Of a stretch of 33,225 nt of DNA, positions 30,211 through 33,225 are shown piece by piece (the stretch's first letter is position 1; each line of letters opens with the position of its first letter). The notes under the pieces were generated by a model that searched no databases, was not told where the DNA came from, and worked only from the letters and a program-made list of their open reading frames with translations. Position numbers and translations under genes: made by a program. This DNA comes from a bacterium (GTDB lineage: Bacteria > CAIJMQ01 > JAADFP01): NCBI GenBank assembly GCA_027021085.1, contig JALUVB010000079.1, positions 1-33,225 of the forward strand. Direction: 5' to 3'.

Positions 30211-30813
30211 ATGAATACAAAGGCACAAAGGCGGAGAGGCAGAAAGAATTCTTTTAACTCAAAGCTTGCATTTTCTTTACTCGCTACCAAAAGGAGGGGT
30301 TTTACCCTTCTGGAGCTCATGGTGGTGGTGGCCATAATTGTGATTCTGGCCGGGATAATTTTGCCGAATTATGCCAAGAGAGTGGATAGAGCCAGAATGG
30401 TAAGGGCGGAAGCGGATATTTCTGCGCTGGAGACAGCTATTGCCATGTATGCAAATGATATGGGTACCTATTTTGGCGATGTAAATGGAGATATTTCTCC
30501 CGTAGAAACAGGGTTAGTACAGGGCCCTCCTCAATCCGACCCTGTTTATAGCAAGTGGAATGGTCCCTACGTTAAAGGTATAAGTAAAGATCCCTGGGGA
30601 GAAGATTACCGGTTTTTTGGCAGGAACCCGGCAGTAACCAGCCAGGCTCAGCTGGAAACCAACCTGCAGAGCGAATACGGCAGCATTACCAATCTTCCTC
30701 CCCTGCGTTACTACATATTCTCCAAGGGGAAGAACCGCAAGACAGGCACTGGCTATAACCAGGACGACATCAATAACTGGGATGTAAATAAAACCTGGGA
30801 GAGCCTGTATTAA
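30211..30813 (+). CDS. Second GspG-like pseudopilin with a 30-aa basic leader
   Basis: KRRG|FTLLELMVVVAIIVILAG, AEADISALETAIAMYANDMG, KDPWGEDYRFF, YIFSKGKNRK. A very strong SD (GGAGGAGGAGGAG) lies directly before ATG 30211. Confidence 0.88.
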   Translation: MNTKAQRRRGRKNSFNSKLAFSLLATKRRGFTLLELMVVVAIIVILAGIILPNYAKRVDRARMVRAEADISALETAIAMYANDMGTYFGDVNGDISPVETGLVQGPPQSDPVYSKWNGPYVKGISKDPWGEDYRFFGRNPAVTSQAQLETNLQSEYGSITNLPPLRYYIFSKGKNRKTGTGYNQDDINNWDVNKTWESLY

Positions 30814-30816
30814 GAT

Positions 30817-30837
30817 AAGTTATTAGTTGTGAGTTGA
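30817..30837 (+). repeat. (NAGTTNN)x3 heptamer array abutting the start codon of the third pilin gene
   Basis: AAGTTAT TAGTTGT GAGTTGA with AGTT at 30818, 30825 and 30832. It is the reverse complement of the CAACTNA family and ends 3 nt before ATG 30841. Confidence 0.8.
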
Positions 30838-30840
30838 CTT

Positions 30841-31488
30841 ATGAGCGAAACTTTGACAAAAGAAGAGAAATCGTCTCAAGATGCAAAGCGCATCTCTGCC
30901 TTTACCCTCATTGAATTGGTCGTGGTGGTGGCCATTATCTCCCTGCTGGTTTTTGCCTCTATTCCCACCTTCAGGGAATTTATTAACACTTCCCGGCTGA
31001 GGCAGGCCTCCTACGATGTAATCTCAGCCCTGAGAACTGCCCGCGCCTCAGCTGTAAGTAACAGAATAGAGTACATGACGCTTTTTTATACGTCTATGCA
31101 AAATCGAAATAATATCCCCAACTTTGCCTATGCCTATCCCATCTGGTCTGCCGTGCTGGTTTACCAGGTGGAGGAAGGCCCCATAGGCGGATGGAAGAGA
31201 TTGCCCGAGAACATCTTCCTGGACTTTAATTATTTCTATGGGTTGGAGACAGGAGGGGTGGTAGGAGCAGACCCTGATGGTCTTCCCTATCCCAACAATG
31301 ACGAAGTGGTGCAGGGGGACAGTATGCCCATAGTAAGATTTAACAAGAAAGGTGGGGTGGAAGGCAGTGGATTCCCGTGTATACAGCTGAGGGATAATTC
31401 TACCCAGGACACGGCGGCCATAAGAGTATTGAGAAGCACGGGAAGAATATACCTTTATTCTTTCCGGGGTAAATTGGTGCAGGAATGA
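30841..31488 (+). CDS. GspH/FimT-like minor pseudopilin
   Basis: 215 aa. RISA|FTLIELVVVVAIISLL, with Ala rather than Gly at -1 and E at +5. TSRLRQASYDVISALRTARASAVSNR resembles GspH/FimT. Confidence 0.8.
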   Translation: MSETLTKEEKSSQDAKRISAFTLIELVVVVAIISLLVFASIPTFREFINTSRLRQASYDVISALRTARASAVSNRIEYMTLFYTSMQNRNNIPNFAYAYPIWSAVLVYQVEEGPIGGWKRLPENIFLDFNYFYGLETGGVVGADPDGLPYPNNDEVVQGDSMPIVRFNKKGGVEGSGFPCIQLRDNSTQDTAAIRVLRSTGRIYLYSFRGKLVQE

Positions 31489-32132
31489 GTAAAATAAAGT
31501 GCCGGCTGGAAGGTATAGGTTGTATGCGAAATAATCCCAAACTGGCTAAAGGCTCTGCCTGCTCACCCACAAGCGGTCTTACCCTGATAGAAATACTGGT
31601 TTCACTGGCCATTCTCTCCATTGGTATTCTGGCTATTGCGCATCTTTTCCCGGTAGGGTTGAAATCATCCGAGCGTGCGGTATCTTTTACCCGGGCTTAC
31701 TCCTACCTGCAGGACACGCTGGAAAAGCTGAAGTATGCCGCGGGCGTATATGATGCGGAAGATGTGGCAGAGCTGGAGAATACGTTTAACACCACAAATG
31801 GTCCTAACGGCGTTTTCTACATGGACCCCAACTCTTCTCATTACGATAAGCTCGGCTACTATGAGCTCTGGTACAGGTACCGGATGAATGGCCCCGATTC
31901 TCCTTACCAGGCTAATCCCGGGAAATTCACCACTTATAATGACCCGCAAACCGGGCAGGAATTGGCCTGGTCTTACCTGCTCTTTGAAGAGGAATCCAAT
32001 CTGGATACGGATATAGTGCAGAAAGTGTATATTTCTATCTACTGGAAAGAAAGCGGGGGAGAGAGGGCGGATACCACGCCTCTTTACATTGGTAATATTT
32101 ATTACAGGGAGTTTGGACATGTTCTGCCCTAA
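31485..32132 (+). CDS. GspI/PilV-like minor pseudopilin
   Basis: TSG|LTLIEILVSLAILSIGILAI with E at +5. Start is ATG 31485 (overlapping the upstream stop) or the internal ATG 31524. Confidence 0.78.
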   Translation: MSKIKCRLEGIGCMRNNPKLAKGSACSPTSGLTLIEILVSLAILSIGILAIAHLFPVGLKSSERAVSFTRAYSYLQDTLEKLKYAAGVYDAEDVAELENTFNTTNGPNGVFYMDPNSSHYDKLGYYELWYRYRMNGPDSPYQANPGKFTTYNDPQTGQELAWSYLLFEEESNLDTDIVQKVYISIYWKESGGERADTTPLYIGNIYYREFGHVLP

Positions 32133-32775
32133 GAGGGACCAAGGCTTCACCCTCATTGAAATGCTGGTGGCCGTGGCTATTCTGGCTATCATTGGCACCT
32201 CCTTTTATGCCATTTTCCAGGGCTCATTGGTTTCTTCCAACAAGGGGATGAATCTTGCCTTGGTCTCTTCCAATCTTCGCGGAGCCATGGATTACATTAT
32301 TAAAGACCTTAAAAATGCCGTGGACCCGGAATCAACAGGGAGAACGAATTTTTTCTTCGTAGGAGGAAAGAATAATCAATCTTATATGATGTTTGTAGTC
32401 CCAAATGAGGAAGGGGGTTACCAGGTAGTACTTTACACTCACTCAGAGGATGTCAGTGCTCCCGTGTATGCCGGTACTTCTCGGCAAATTTTGTTCAGGG
32501 CCACCCGGAAGTTGGAGGGGATAGATGTTAAGAGTCAACTTTACGGCACTACTCCGGTTTTCCCTCCTTTTGATGCTACCTGGGTTCAGGGAGATGATGA
32601 ACTGGCTATCCATATAAGTGGGGTTGAATTAAAATTCCAGGGAGAGAATGACTGGGATGATACAGGGCTTCTTCCTCTCTATGTTAATGTGAAACTTACC
32701 TCCACCTATGGCAAGGGAGAACTGGGGCAACAAAAGGAAATGGTTATGGAGGACACGGTGTATCTCAGGAAGTGA
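32119..32775 (+). CDS. GspJ/PilW-like minor pseudopilin
   Basis: MFCPKRDQG|FTLIEMLVAVAILAIIG. I start it at ATG 32119; the track's 32089 start adds 10 hydrophobic residues ahead of the leader. Confidence 0.78.
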   Translation: MFCPKRDQGFTLIEMLVAVAILAIIGTSFYAIFQGSLVSSNKGMNLALVSSNLRGAMDYIIKDLKNAVDPESTGRTNFFFVGGKNNQSYMMFVVPNEEGGYQVVLYTHSEDVSAPVYAGTSRQILFRATRKLEGIDVKSQLYGTTPVFPPFDATWVQGDDELAIHISGVELKFQGENDWDDTGLLPLYVNVKLTSTYGKGELGQQKEMVMEDTVYLRK

Positions 32776-33140
32776 TGAGTGACAAGGTGAAGACTCATAA
32801 GGATTTAGAGGTTTGGAAAAAACCTATTGATTTAGTAGAAGAAGTTTACAAAATTACAGAAAAATTCTCCCAAAAGGAAAAGTACGGATTAACTTTTCAA
32901 ATGAGGAATGCAGCTATTTCCATCCCGAGCAATATTGCAGAAGGGGCAGCAAGAAACTCAACGAAAGAATTTATACAATTTTTATATATAGCATTAGGTT
33001 CTTTATCCGAATTAGAAACACAACTTTTAATTGCTCAAAGAATAAAATATTTGTCAGAGTCATCGGTTTTGGAAAGATTAGAAAAATTAATGATCCTACT
33101 TATAGGACTTATAAATAGCCTTGAGAGGAAGAACAAATGA
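32772..33140 (+). CDS. Four-helix-bundle protein (23S rRNA intervening-sequence protein family, TIGR02436/PF05635; Avd-like)
   Basis: 122 aa. HKDLEVWKKPIDLVEEVYKITEKFSQKEKYGLTFQMRNAAISIPSNIAEGAARNSTKEFIQFLYIALGSLSELETQLLIAQRIKYL matches the family consensus as I know it. The gene is visibly more AT-rich than its neighbours. Its start overlaps the preceding pilin stop. Confidence 0.9.
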   Translation: MMSDKVKTHKDLEVWKKPIDLVEEVYKITEKFSQKEKYGLTFQMRNAAISIPSNIAEGAARNSTKEFIQFLYIALGSLSELETQLLIAQRIKYLSESSVLERLEKLMILLIGLINSLERKNK

Positions 33141-33147
33141 AAAGACC

Positions 33148-33203
33148 TTGTCACTCTGTACCCTTATCACTTTATCACTTTCTCCCTTTGTCATCTTCTT
33201 CCG
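33148..33203 (+). repeat. Phased octamer array downstream of the four-helix-bundle gene
   Basis: TTGTCACT CTGTACCC TTATCACT TTATCACT TTCTCCCT TTGTCATC TTCTTCCG, seven consecutive 8-nt units on a G-poor strand. Confidence 0.8.
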
Positions 33204-33225
33204 GTATGGCTTTAATCATCGTGGT

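Noticed and set aside
32772-33140. Calling a diversity-generating retroelement on the basis of the Avd-like gene
   Set aside because: No reverse transcriptase and no template/variable repeat pair are visible in the window, and most members of this family are not DGR-associated. It is kept only as a hypothesis to test by extending the contig.

Overview
This 33.2-kb window looks like chromosomal DNA from a diderm bacterium, since it carries the LPS genes lpxD and kdsB. G+C looks mid-40s % by eye (not computed), and the source is probably an uncultivated lineage. All protein calls come from motifs read in the supplied translations; no searches were run.

Layout:
- (1) 1-545 is non-coding and highly repetitive.
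- (2) 546-8739 is a tightly packed plus-strand block: coaD, an NfeD-type membrane protease, a HAMP histidine kinase, a receiver-only response regulator, a short NfeD protein, a small helical protein, flotillin FloA, a Pro-rich membrane protein, SecG and an orphan family-5 solute-binding protein.
- (3) 8793-9773 encodes an orphan Cas4/AddB-like Fe-S PD-(D/E)XK nuclease.
- (4) On the minus strand lie lpxD and a sigma54-type two-component pair.
- (5) Housekeeping genes follow: cca, an IDH-family dehydrogenase, purA, tRNA-Lys(UUU), tRNA-Glu(UUC), kdsB and pyrG.
- (6) 21215-33140 is a roughly 12-kb type IV filament locus: PilB-like ATPase, PilT, a second PilB-like ATPase, PilC/GspF, a sigma54 response regulator, a membrane histidine kinase and five prepilin-type genes (GspG-, G-, H-, I- and J-like). 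An AT-rich four-helix-bundle (23S rRNA IVS / Avd-like) gene interrupts the locus at the window edge.

The most unusual signal is not a gene. The intergenic spacers are built from strictly phased heptanucleotide arrays. These include a roughly 68-nt composite element, (TAGACNN)x5 followed by (YAGTRAR)x4, present in three copies within 16 kb. Related heptamers lie inside the leader-coding region of the first pseudopilin and directly upstream of the third.

No CRISPR array, transposase, integrase or rRNA was seen.
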